A stretch of DNA of 64,000 bases from Paraspadella gotoi (taxonomy: Eukaryota > Animalia > Chaetognatha), in contig CM119264.1 of the NCBI GenBank assembly GCA_051294375.1, positions 3,666,689 through 3,730,688 of the forward strand, written 5' to 3'. A program made the translations under genes and the position numbers. Shown in pieces: positions 26,431 through 37,575 of the stretch (the first letter of the stretch is position 1; the number at the start of each line of letters is the position of its first letter). The notes beneath the pieces are model-generated. The model did not search any database. It was not told where the DNA came from and worked only from the letters and a program-made list of their open reading frames with translations.

Positions 26431-27732
26431 TTAAGCTACTTCGGTAATAAACACTCTGTCAATTGGTCGGACTCTTGAACCAAACAAAGATGTAAAATGT
26501 TTTGATAACAAATTTTCGAATTTTGTTGGATTGATCGTTTTTTTGACGACAACCTTAAATATTTGTATTTCATTTCCTAATTTAAAATTTTCAATGTCCA
26601 ACTTTACGAACGAACGATAGACGTTGTTCCAATTAGCAAAGAGCCATTGTTGCGGGCTCCAAGCGTTCGGCTCCAGATTATGCCCTCGGTGCAGTTTAAA
26701 ATTTAACCCGAGAGAAATAATGACCAGAGAGAAAGAGATTTGGGTCAGTCTCTGGACCGAGTCGTCCCCGATACGGAGATCCAAGTTGTTCTCGAAAAAA
26801 TTCAAATTCCGTTTGATCGATTTGACGAAATATACGAGTTCGGACAAAGTGAAGACACGCGCCACCAAAAATGGCGCCAGAATGAGAGTGCAAAATGAAT
26901 GTTCCACGCAGTGAGAAAAGATGAGAAAGACGCCCAGCCCCAGGCCGAGACAAGTTTGCGCGCAGCCCAGGACGCAGCTCGCTTTCTTTACCAAATTGTT
27001 CCCTTCATAATTTCTCTTTGCGTTTCGAACGTTGAACACGACGCCGATCAAAGTCGTAGAAGACAAAGCGATCGAAATGAGGCTGTGGTAATCACTCATT
27101 TTCCAATTGCAAATCAACGCTTGTTCCCCCGCTTCTGCTTTGCACCAACAATTCACGTCCGTTTGTGTCAGACTTTGGTTGTCTTCGTGATAGTGATACA
27201 CGGTTCCATTCAAATTTATCACTCGGTGATTTAAGTCGCGGTGAAGGTAAGAATGCAAGTTTGGCACGCATTGATCGTCTTTGGGAAAAACCAACGTGAA
27301 AATCGTCGACACCGTTTGAAGCAAGAGTTGCAAAAAGGATTCGAGGAAAGCTTGAATTATCTTCAAATTGAACAAATGATTTTCTTTAAATTTCAAAACG
27401 AGCGGATCGGCGGTCTCACTCATCAAATAAAAATCTAGGGAAGGAGGTATGTTTGCCAAACCAACTACGTGAAGAATCACGGTGAAGGTTTTTCGCCGCG
27501 ACGTACCCCAAATTTGAGCAAAACGGTCACCATGCTTGGCCAATATGGCCAGACCGTATGTCATCGAGACGACGCTATGAGCCAGAAAGACGGCCAAAAG
27601 TAACCAGCCCAACAATCTGGTCACGTGATGTTTTGACAAGAGGTGGTCGACGATGGCCTTGGCGTCCGAAGCCAAATCCGCCGTCGCGAGAATAGTCAGG
27701 ATGACAAGTTCAATGTTCCTGGGGATCTCCAT
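26431..27732 (-). CDS. XK-related protein (Xkr/CED-8 phospholipid scramblase family), divergent
   Basis: 433-aa ORF with XK motifs in the right order: TM1 ADLASD (DxxSD), ILHVVGL, LKIIQAFLESFLQLLLQ (family EAFLESxPQLxLQ) and SLISIALS. About 8 hydrophobic segments. Confidence 0.8.
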   Translation of the reverse strand: MEIPRNIELVILTILATADLASDAKAIVDHLLSKHHVTRLLGWLLLAVFLAHSVVSMTYGLAILAKHGDRFAQIWGTSRRKTFTVILHVVGLANIPPSLDFYLMSETADPLVLKFKENHLFNLKIIQAFLESFLQLLLQTVSTIFTLVFPKDDQCVPNLHSYLHRDLNHRVINLNGTVYHYHEDNQSLTQTDVNCWCKAEAGEQALICNWKMSDYHSLISIALSSTTLIGVVFNVRNAKRNYEGNNLVKKASCVLGCAQTCLGLGLGVFLIFSHCVEHSFCTLILAPFLVARVFTLSELVYFVKSIKRNLNFFENNLDLRIGDDSVQRLTQISFSLVIISLGLNFKLHRGHNLEPNAWSPQQWLFANWNNVYRSFVKLDIENFKLGNEIQIFKVVVKKTINPTKFENLLSKHFTSLFGSRVRPIDRVFITEVA

Positions 27733-28773
27733 TTGTATTTAAATCGTATTCTTTTTTTAATTCAATTATTCTCTCATAGAAGATCAATTTGTCCTTTATC
27801 GTTTCATAAATCTTTTAAAATGTATATTCAACTTCATTGGATATTTTTTTTTCTTTCGATATTGCAAAGATAGATGGATGTTCCTCGTCTGTAGAATAAT
27901 CATCAGTCGCTTTATCTTTCTTCTGTTTTTGATATACCGTCTTAATAATAATAAAGAAGAGCAAAGGAACGTGACAGTCTTTATTATTACAAAGCTAATA
28001 AACGAAAGCTTTATGTCGGATCAGGTCTTCACATCCAAGTTCTCATTGACAATTTTTGTTTGTGCGTATTAAACAGTTGTTACCCTTGTACTGCGTGTAT
28101 ACTTCTAATTGAAAAAAAATATTCCGACTCGTCAATTGGTAAATTAAATTAACCGACAAAACAATTTTAGAGCATGTTTGAGCAAACAATGCCGGATCTT
28201 AATTAATTAATTAATTTTTAATAATAATAATTAATAATAATAATAATTAAAAAATTAAAACCATTGTTCCTTTCTCTTTTAAATACACCCCTGCTTTCTA
28301 AAAAAAATTAGCGGTAAATTAATTAATTAATTACCGCTAATAATCGTGGGCAGATCCGGCATCAATCAATCAATCAATCAAGAGTCGTCGGTGTTGTTTT
28401 TGTCGTCATCGCCATCTTTGCTTTTGTCGTGGTCAGTGACAAAAAGAAATAAAAACAAACATGTTTGAGCAAAGTAATTAACAGTTTTTTGTTTTTTCCA
28501 TTTAAACCCATTTTCACTCGGACGATTCCATCGAAACTTGATTTCCTACTCAATCACATTCCTACCGTCATACAAAATTTCAAGCCCATCGCCCTATCCA
28601 CTCCTGAGTAATGGCGTTCAAACAGACAGAAAGACAGACAAACGGACGGACCTCATTTTTTTTGCATAATTTGTTTTAATTTAATGTTCTGACATGATTT
28701 AAGTGACTTACCAACACGCTTTTGGGTGGGACAGACGGACCGACAAAGTGAAATATATTATATGCAGTAGGCA

Positions 28774-29320
28774 GATCGGCTAAAAAAAGATGATACGTAT
28801 AAATTGAAAAACCTAATGCAGAAGGCGACATAAAGAATGACATTTCTCCAAGTAATAATAAAAGTAATAATGAAAGCAATTAACAGTAACATCGAGAGAA
28901 TCTCATCTCACAAGAAATAAAAGAAAACTTATTAAGATCTCGGCTAACAAAAAGATGATACTGTGGCGGTATATTCACACTGCCTCACGTCCACCATCCG
29001 TCAGCCAAATCCATTGGCTCAGAGGGGGAACACACCATCCCAGGCGTAGTGTTCCATCCACAGTCCTCTGTGTTGGCAAAGCGAGACTGTCCTAGGGTAA
29101 CCGCGCCAGTGACTGGAGGCGTCACTGAGGGTCGGAAGCCCCCAAAGCCAACAGTGAGATGCCCCATCCCAATGGGCATCACAGGCAACCCGGCTGTTGC
29201 CATAATACATAAATTTTGGAAAGCCTAATGCAGAAGGCGACATAAAGAATGACATTTCTTCAAGTAATAATAAAAGTAATTAACAGTAACGTCGAGAGAA
29301 TCTCATCTCACGAGAAATAT
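28774..29320. repeat. Two-unit ~165-bp tandem repeat; the second unit is interrupted by the 28962-29204 element
   Basis: cggctaa..aaagatgatac ... cctaatgcagaaggcgacataaagaatgacatttct ... gagaatctcatctcac occurs twice. Confidence 0.85.
28962..29204. mobile_element. Short GC-rich hairpin-dense interspersed element, copy 1 (solo-LTR-like or SINE-like)
   Basis: TGTGGC...GCCATA ends flanked by atac/atac. The empty site is visible in the neighbouring tandem unit. Near-identical to 38241-38495. Confidence 0.8.
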
Positions 29321-29492
29321 TAATAACTAATTAGGTATAAGATATTAATTTTCTAAGTAGCAACTGATTTTCGCGCTGCGTTGGCAAGGCGAGGTGTAGT
29401 GGCAGGTGGCCCCTTTGCAGATCCGAACCTCCCAAAGCCAACATGCGAAACGCCTGACCCGGCTGGGCAAAACCGGCAACCCGGCTGTGTCC

Positions 29493-29556
29493 AGGTTTTC
29501 ATTTTACTGTATGGACTATAGACACTGACATAGTCCATACAGTAAAATAAAAACCT
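29493..29556. repeat. 27-bp inverted repeat with a 10-nt spacer
   Basis: aggttttcattttactgtatggactat / atagtccatacagtaaaataaaaacct, one mismatch. Confidence 0.9.
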
Positions 29557-29656
29557 AAAGTCTTCTTTCGTTATCATTTTTATATTATTAGTTCCACATT
29601 CCGCGATTGATGAAGAGTAAGTTAATATTGGCATCCCTCACCGCCGCATGACTCAC

Positions 29657-29822
29657 CCGGAAAGTGAAAGTGCTTGATCCTTCTGACCCCGGCGCCGCCG
29701 AGTCTGTCCAGATAGTACTCGCGGTGCTTGCCTCTCAAGTAATCAAAGATTAGCAGATGATTGGAACGATCGCAATAATAATTGGGATGCATTTCCAGCG
29801 AGCGGCGGAGGCGATAGGCCAC
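29657..29822 (-). CDS. Internal exon of an orphan gene (VAYRLRRSLEMHPNYYCDRSNHLLIFDYLRGKHREYYLDRLGGAGVRRIKHFHFP)
   Basis: ccctcag| acceptor, G|gtgagt donor, open frame, phase-0 join to the 30327-30475 exon. Confidence 0.7.
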
Positions 29823-30326
29823 CTGAGGGAGTAAGTTTGATGTTTTATAATTCTAAATGAAAGTTTGTTTTTGATTTAGTCTGGAATTGGAAGTTTGTGT
29901 AGGATGTTCAAGTAGCAGTAATTTAATGAACCAAAAACAGTTGAACCAATTTGAATAATCGTCTCGGCGAGACGCGACTCTCGTAAACATTTTTTGGTCG
30001 GTCGGTTACATTATGTAAAAATTAAGCGTATAAAAATGTTATAAAAACAGTATTATTATACTTTTGTAGCATTTTTTTTGGGGGGGCGCTTTATTAGGAA
30101 AAAAGCAAAGAGGAAAAAGAAAAGATTAAAGGATAAAAAAAGATTTATTAAAAAGAGAACGCAGCGACTGATTGAACGCTGGAAAGGGTCTTTGCTTTTT
30201 GTATATTATATTTTATAATTTTTTACATTGTATAAGTAATGAGTAATAATTAATATTTGCAAACGAACATGAAACTTTACCCACTCATCCTTCCCTCCCC
30301 AGCGCCCCATAACCTTTCTTCCTCAC

Positions 30327-30475
30327 CTTCACGTTTTCTCTGTCGAAATAATTCATGTCAAAGGGTTTGGTGAAGTAGGCAACGGAGCGGTGATGTCTGC
30401 CGGCGGTTGTGTAACGCGGCATTTGAAGGCCCCTTTGCATGGAGATTGTTAGCATTGAGTACTTGCGGCGCAACT
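30327..30475 (-). CDS. Internal exon of the same orphan gene (ELRRKYSMLTISMQRGLQMPRYTTAGRHHRSVAYFTKPFDMNYFDRENVK)
   Basis: cttatag| acceptor, AAG|gtgagg donor; phase 1 in, phase 0 out, matching both neighbouring exons. Confidence 0.7.
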
Positions 30476-30873
30476 CTATAAGTTACTTTTCGGTCGGTCA
30501 GTCGGTCGGTCGGTTGGTCGGTATGTCTGTCTGTCGGTCTGTCCCACTTACTTAAAAATACTCATTAGACATTACTTGCATATATAGTTGGTTGCTCATT
30601 TGTTAAAACAAGAAAAAAACATCAAACCTAAAGCTCTGCTAGCTCTGCCTTCAGGAAATCCTAAAACTATAAAGAATAAAAGACGTAATTCCGATACAGT
30701 GCCTTTCAGAAATACACGGGCTAAAAAAGTTATTGTAGTCATGTATTCATGTCATGTCACTTTATGTCATGTTATGCTACGAGAAATACACATGATAAGG
30801 CAATCATTGCGGCACGACACATTTAAATTATTGTTCTTGATTTTTCATCATCATAATCAAGACGACGAAAGAT

Positions 30874-30949
30874 TGGATTTTCACGTCATGGATTGTCACG
30901 TCATGGTTTATCACGTCATGATTTGTCACGTCATGGATTGTCACGCCAT
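30874..30949. repeat. 15-bp minisatellite x5 (tggattgtcacgtca)
   Basis: Direct reading of the tandem units. Confidence 0.9.
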
Positions 30950-31480
30950 ATTCTAGTTCTCACCTGTATTCGTTTTTGTCCCTCTCTTTTTCCAAATGAG
31001 CCCCAATGGCACGGAATGGGGCTTTGCCCAGTCCCGGTTCGCCGTCGCGTTTACCAGGGATATAACCGAGGTAGCCGTTGCCCACGACGGGGAACTGGAC
31101 CGTAGTTTAGTGATTATATAAGAATATACTAGACAGACGACGAGGGCTGAACTGCTGTGTGCTCTTTGCATTACAAAAAACCGTGTCACTATTTTATATC
31201 AACAGTGTTGTGTAAGATAACCTTGTATCGCATATCGAGAGAGAGTTTGTTGTCTGAGACCCGCGATCCTGATGGAATAGTTGATGGAATCGGATCAATA
31301 TAGTTCGTTTATTTATGTTGTATAGCGGCATAACCGTTATAAAATACCATTATTAAAATGATCATCAGGTTTAGGAGCGAATGATTCAGTGACAGTAGTG
31401 GATTATCTGATAAATCTATAGATCTATCAGCCAATCACTAACCTATTAGACCAATCAATCAAATCGAATCAATCAATCAC

Positions 31481-31567
31481 CCTGCGGCGGATGACTGAAA
31501 TTGCGAAAGTTCTCCCCGGTCGGAATTCCGGGTTGACCCGCCGAAGTTTTTCCCGCCATGTCGCAAG
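31481..31567 (-). CDS. Upstream exon of the orphan gene (CDMAGKTSAGQPGIPTGENFRNFSHPPQ); may contain the start codon
   Basis: tttcttcag| acceptor, CAGG|gtgatt donor, 87 nt; its phase-1 end fits the next exon; gcgacATGG context. Confidence 0.55.
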
Positions 31568-34107
31568 CTGAAGAAATCGATCGATCGACGCGATAAGAAA
31601 TTTAAAAAAAAAATTAGGTGATTAAATTAAGAAAGAAAAGAAAATTGCGGGAAGACAGAAGAAGGAGGAATTAGAAAGACGTTAGTAAAATTTATATACT
31701 TCCTTGTATTTTTGCTACTGGGTGAAAAACCATTACTGCAGTCTACTATAAAGTACTGAGATTCCATTTCTTGACATTTATGAAGAGGCAATACCCTTGG
31801 GTTTAATATGTATGGCTGTAACAATGTGCTTTATTGTTTACAGCTGAAAAAAATAAGGATTTCAGATGCAGCAACATTTTGATTTTTAACTGTGCTAAGT
31901 CAGGCGTTTTAAAGGGGGGCACCCATATGACTTTTTACCAAAATATTAAGATGACTCAATCTTTCAGAAGCGTTTATGAAGAGCAGCTGTGATTCTTTTG
32001 GGTGCTGTGGTACTGGTAGGTGTCGTTTTTGCAACAGTGCTTATCGCATTGCATTAATAGTTAGAACAAGGTCTGGTTAAGTATCTTCAATTCATTTTTT
32101 TTATCTTAATGTACACAATGCGTCATAAAGTTAAAAAAAGAAGAAGTGATACGGATTTTCTAAGTTTTGATTCCTTACCCTGTACACTAAAAAGTCACTA
32201 ATGATAATGAAAACTAATCAACAAATCACCTGATCCATCACAAAATCCTTGCAATGCCGAAAAGGTCTTTTTGTTCGGTCCCGTCAGAAAATACGGTTCG
32301 TACGGCATTTTTCTTTTTTGCTGTAAAAAGGGGCCCTAGGCTGACAAAGTAAGAAATGAAAAGAATTTTTAAGGGAACTAAATTATTAAAACTTTGAAGA
32401 GGTTCTTTCCTACTTCTGCGCTATCATTTAAAATGTTTGTTTTAAACGGAACACATTGTATTGTCTCGAGAGAAAAACGAGAGAAACCGATACAAAAACG
32501 CGTTTCCTTATATGGAGGAACGTTCGCACGATCGGACCTTATCGAGAGCACCTTGAAATACTTATTTATTATTGTGCTTTCATCAAACGATAAAAGTGGA
32601 CTTTTTACAACGCAAACCATTATAACGATAGAGAAATGGGCATCAAATGAAAACTACTGATGCACTGTACATTGTAAAGCACTAAACAAATGTAGCTAAA
32701 ATAACGGTCACGAGATAAAGGTAAAAGAAGACGCTCGAGTTACGATTGTGAAATTGAACGAACTGAGAGCGTTTGTTTTTTCTCTTCTCGAAGGTTTATT
32801 TGTCGAGGCAACGACGAGGAACTATTCTGCGGCTTCAACTTCTTAGTTTTATCGAGTGATCAGTGTGCGGCAGGATTTCCGGCTGTGGTCACCGAGGATA
32901 ACAAAGGTCATGATTCGAATCCGATAATAAGATTTTAGCTTTTGCTAAAAGTTAACAAAAAAAATGACAACAAAAAATACAAACAAATAAACATAAAACG
33001 TAAAATAGTAATGAATACGTCATCTAATCTTTAGGTGATTACTAGATTGCACCAAGCTCAATAAGCTTCTCAATGTTTCAGAAATCAGGATATTTCACCA
33101 GATATTACTAAATGTGATTTAATTTTCTTTCCGACTAACTGACCGAAAAGTCACTAATAAAGTTGTGTTACGAACACCGTTAACCGTTAACGGTTATATT
33201 CGGTTAATTTTCAAATATGATATTTTTTTTGGTATGATGCATTATTTGATTAGCTGATGAGCTAAATCATCATGGGTAGATTCAAGATAGTTTGCTCAGA
33301 TCTATTTTTCATTTACCAACTTTAATGTGTAGCTCATCTATCTGAAATAGAAGATAACTTGAAGATTCAGGAGCCAGTGTTAAAGTTAAATACTTCAGTT
33401 TGTTTTAAATAATAATATTTCAAATTTAAAATTAATTTATAAAATTAACAAAAATGTTAGTTTTAACAGTCAAGCGAAGTTCTTCAAAAATTAACGGTTA
33501 ATAAAGGCGAGTAATCGAAACGATGATCGCTTATCAAATGTTGATAGCAGAACGATCCCAAAATTCCTTTGTCTCTTATTGCACCGTGAAATGAAACCTT
33601 TTTTTTTGAGATCTCACGGTGAGACTGGAACTGTGAATAAACCGCCACAACATAATATTTTTTTGTACTTATCAAAGAAAAGAGAATGAACGATACTAAT
33701 TTCGTGATAAACTTCGGGGTAAGTTGAAGGAAAGTGGGGTGCAGTAAATTTGATAATAAAATTGGAAAATTATTTCCTTTACTAAATCAAACTAAATAAT
33801 AATATTTATTAGTTTGAAATTTATTATTATAGAGAAAGTCGCAGCGATTTTCATCTTAAAATTTTGATTATTTATTTTGTTCGCTGTATAAATTTATACA
33901 GTTCAAACTGATTTATTAAAAAAAATTAAAATAATTTTTTTAATAATTTATTTTTCGATTTTCATTCTTATGCAAGAGTTGACTTGCAGATATTTTCTTT
34001 ATTTTCATATTTGGACAATAACTGGATAATTTGTAAATAATTCAAGCGTCTAGTTGATTCCGAAACGAGCATTTGAATTCAGCTTTCTATTTCAGCCACA
34101 GGTTTAC

Positions 34108-34543
34108 ATGCAGTTGAGAGGAATCGCTCTCCCATTGCTCATTTATTTCGGCGCCGTCCTCATCGACTGGCAAGGAGTGTGCGCCGCCTCCTTGGTGATC
34201 ACGATCGCTTTGGCCGTCGGCTGGACGCCCTGTAGCTCAGTGGCTCATAACGCCGATACGCGTGATTCAGGGATTGCGGGATCAACCGGTGAGTCCGTCC
34301 ATTATTCCGTCCGTCCGTCTCATCTTTCCTTTATCCGTTTCATCTTCCTGCTGTCCATCTCATAGTCCGTATTTCTATCTCACGATCCTTAATCCTTATA
34401 TCTGTCTCATCCTCATTCAATCCATTCAAATTACGTACAACGATTATTTTTGTCTGGCGATTTGTAACATTTAAACCATATTGTTCTTCTTCCCCGTAGA
34501 TGACACGTCGAGGCAAAGTCAAAGAAGACACAACGATGGATAA
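34108..34543 (+). CDS. 74-aa secreted or membrane microprotein, exons 34108-34288 and 34500-34543
   Basis: ccacag| acceptor before the ATG, CCG|gtgagt donor, ccccgtag| acceptor, TAA followed by AATAAA at 34542 and 34561. The N-terminus MQLRGIALPLLIYFGAVLIDWQGVCA resembles a signal peptide. Confidence 0.55.
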
Positions 34544-35914
34544 TAAAGAAAAAGATTTTCAATAAAGAAAATTCGGAGATTTCTTTATATTTTTCGCTTC
34601 AGAAAAGCGAGCAGAAAATGTATACATGGAACAAAGTGATATTTTGTTTTTTATTTTGCAAAATAAATTTGACGTTACCACAAAAAAGAAAAATATACGT
34701 ATTTGCAAATAAACTTCAAACTACATGTAGTACTTATATACTTCTTTAGTGCCGGGAATGGGTAGCTCAGCAGTAAGCGTATACTGAGTACATTGAGCGA
34801 GCCCTCGAGTACTCGACTAATTAACTAATTAAACAATTTAAAAGCATAACTGCAACATGAGAAGTTCGGATAAATCCATGTACATTCTACATTGTACAAA
34901 ATCCGAGATCCTTTTGTCGCCTCGTTCACTGAAAACTAAAATTCTCAAGCGATATACTTATCCCGTTTAAAACGAAAAAAAAAAAGGCATTAAAAACATC
35001 AAGCCTGAACTGTTATTGTTTAGTTAGCTTTTTTACCTTTGTTGGGTAATAAATTCTGACAAGTTCACTAAAAGTAGGCCATTTTCTCTTTTGTCTATAA
35101 TAGAATATTGATTTCGTATTAAAACTCTACGTTAAAAGTTATGTACAATTTCATCGGAAAAAAAAAGAAATTCTCTCCTTCGTTTACAAGTGATCCAAAG
35201 TCCTTGAACAAAAAAAAAAGTATCTCGAGTTCCACAAAGTTGAGAATCCCATTTCCTGTTTATAAATTTTCTTACCCACTTTTGCGTTTTAAATCATAAA
35301 AAATGTACTTAGTATTTATCTATTTAATAGCGTGTTTTATGGTTCATAAATGATTTGGAATAGACGGAAGATAAAATTTAATTTCTATGTAACACATTAC
35401 TAAACCTTTTTAAGTTAAAATATATTTTCTTAAATTTAAACTGCATCAAAGACGGCTCAGTTGCCACCCCATATCTCGTCCCACACTCCGCAGTCTGATT
35501 ATATCACGCCTCCGACCAATCACACTTCACCTATCACAGCTCACCTTTCTTTCATCACAATCGTTACATCCCTATCACACACTCCTCACTCTTTACTCTT
35601 CACCAATCACATCCATCGCATCTCGTCTCTCACTCCTCACCCCGGACATATCACACTTCTCACACCTCACACCTCCTCCTCGCTCTCACATCAGCCTCGA
35701 TGTAAACGGATTAGAAAAAGAAATTCTCGTGAATATTTGAAGCTTGGCGCGTCGGAGGCCGAGGCGCGGGTCGATAGCGCGTAGGGGGGGTGGAGTGAGG
35801 GAGGGGGGAGAAGTGGAGGGGGGGAGAAGAGATTAAGCTCGGGACCGAGAACGATAAAAGATCGGTGAGGGACCGAGGGAAACGAAATTCACTTTACTTT
35901 CGACCTTTTCGGTC

Positions 35915-36006
<92 letters not shown>
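35915..36006. repeat. (CTTT)n microsatellite; similar (CTTT)/(GAAA) runs at ~43930-44010, 47830-48115, 51850-51970 and 54180-54310
   Basis: Direct reading. Confidence 0.9.
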
Positions 36007-36384
36007 ATTCCTTTCCCTTTCTCTATTTTCCGATAATCTTTTGTTTTTCCTTTTTTTCTTTCCTTCCTTTTCCTTTTCTTTTTCTTCATCTCTAGCAAAA
36101 CAGGATCGGATTGCTTTCTCCGCCAAGCAAGTTGTGCGCGCGCGCGCCTGCGCACCATAAAAGCTTGGGCGCCCTTCGCGTGGGCGCCTATTGAGGGCGC
36201 GTGGGTGCATTTAGTGTCGGCGCCTTTGGCTCGTCGGGTTTGTTAGCGTCGGCGCCATGAACCATGAGCACGCGCGTTGGCGATCGTTGGCTTCGGCGTG
36301 AAGGCGATGTATTAAGTCAGTAATTTGTTCATAAATATTAAATATTGTTGGCTTGGTTGGTGAGGGAGGGAGGGAGAGAGGGAA

Positions 36385-36458
<74 letters not shown>

Positions 36459-36547
36459 TCTCTTATTTTTTTATTTCTTATTTCCTCAAGGCACAAAGCG
36501 ACAATGAATTAAATTTCGTTGCGGCTCGATTCATGGAAACTCCAGCT

Positions 36548-36584
<37 letters not shown>

Positions 36585-36864
36585 ACGACCGACGAAGATT
36601 ACTGGAAAACAACTCGCGCCGCCTCGCGGTGAAAGCGAACAAAAGAATATCAACGTTTCTCGACTGAAAACCCATAAAAATTAAAATGGCGACGACGAGG
36701 AAAACTCGGTCGGACAAATTTGCATGAAACGCGGTTGTTGTTGTTGTTGTCGTCGTTGTTTCTTTTCTTTATTATTTTGGGTTCGCGGGATTTATGTCGC
36801 GAAGAATGAGAAGGGGGGGCGAAGGGGGATAGGGTGAGTTTCGGAAAGGGGGAGAGGGAGAGAG

Positions 36865-36941
<77 letters not shown>

Positions 36942-37456
36942 AGAAAGGATACGGGACGGAGAATCTCCGGGACTACACATTTCACTCGAATTAAAAAAAA
37001 AATAAAAAAATAAAAAATAAAATAATTTTTACAATTTTTTTTCTCTTTCCTTCCATTATGCGACTAATTTTAGCTCCGTTGCGTTTCGACTCGTAAAACT
37101 TGGAATTAATCTTTTTTTAAAATAATTTTAATTTGATGGAAACTAATCCCTTTTTTTGAATTGAGAATTTTAACTTATCGTTTGTGTCTATGTGTTATTT
37201 TTCAGCGTTTAACGAGTATATATATACAAAATTATGCATAGTTCTGCAGAAAAATCGAAATTTATTGTTAAAAAAAAATAAAGAACATAACGACGTAATA
37301 AATATTTACAGCCAAATTCTTCTGAAAGAATTGTGAATTATCAGTTTCACAATCTATCGGGACAAGCATTTTTTTCAAAGCAGCGACATTCAATATATTT
37401 TTTCAAAGACATTTTTCCCGTCGTCGAAACCGAGCCAATCAAATGGCAAATCAAAC

Positions 37457-37551
37457 GACTCCGATCAGAGCTCTCGACCAATCAGAGACTCCGATCAGAG
37501 CTCTCGACCAATCAGAGACTCCGATCAGAGCTCTCGACCAATCAGAGTCTC
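37457..37551. repeat. 30-bp minisatellite x3 (gactccgatcagagctctcgaccaatcaga)
   Basis: Direct reading. Confidence 0.9.
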
Positions 37552-37575
37552 CAACCTTTTCTTCAATTCCATCCC

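Noticed and set aside
28962-29204. 7SL/SRP RNA or HDV-like ribozyme in the structured element
   Set aside because: Only short word matches (gcgagacc, ggtcggaa, tcacgt); P1/P3 pairing and the SRP helix layout cannot be built.
30939-31300. Possible solo LTR (GC-rich hairpins followed by tatataag)
   Set aside because: No second copy, no clear TG..CA ends and no TSD in this window.
32394-32660. pogo-type transposase fragment (NDKSGLF)
   Set aside because: A single weak motif with no other DDE features or TIRs.
33252-33300. Hammerhead at gctgatgagc (also ctgatga at 38622 and ctgacga on the minus strand near 6765)
   Set aside because: No stem II followed by GAAA and a cleavage triplet.
34102-34230. 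SLC35/DMT transporter fragment (VYMQLRG...DWQGV)
   Set aside because: The resemblance is short, no other transporter exons are visible, and the upstream candidate exon has a stop in the required frame.
34225-34290. tRNA or tRNA-derived SINE (TAGCTCAGTGG A-box-like, GGGATCAACC B-box-like)
   Set aside because: No cloverleaf forms, the B box is poor, and the segment lies inside an exon with good splice sites.
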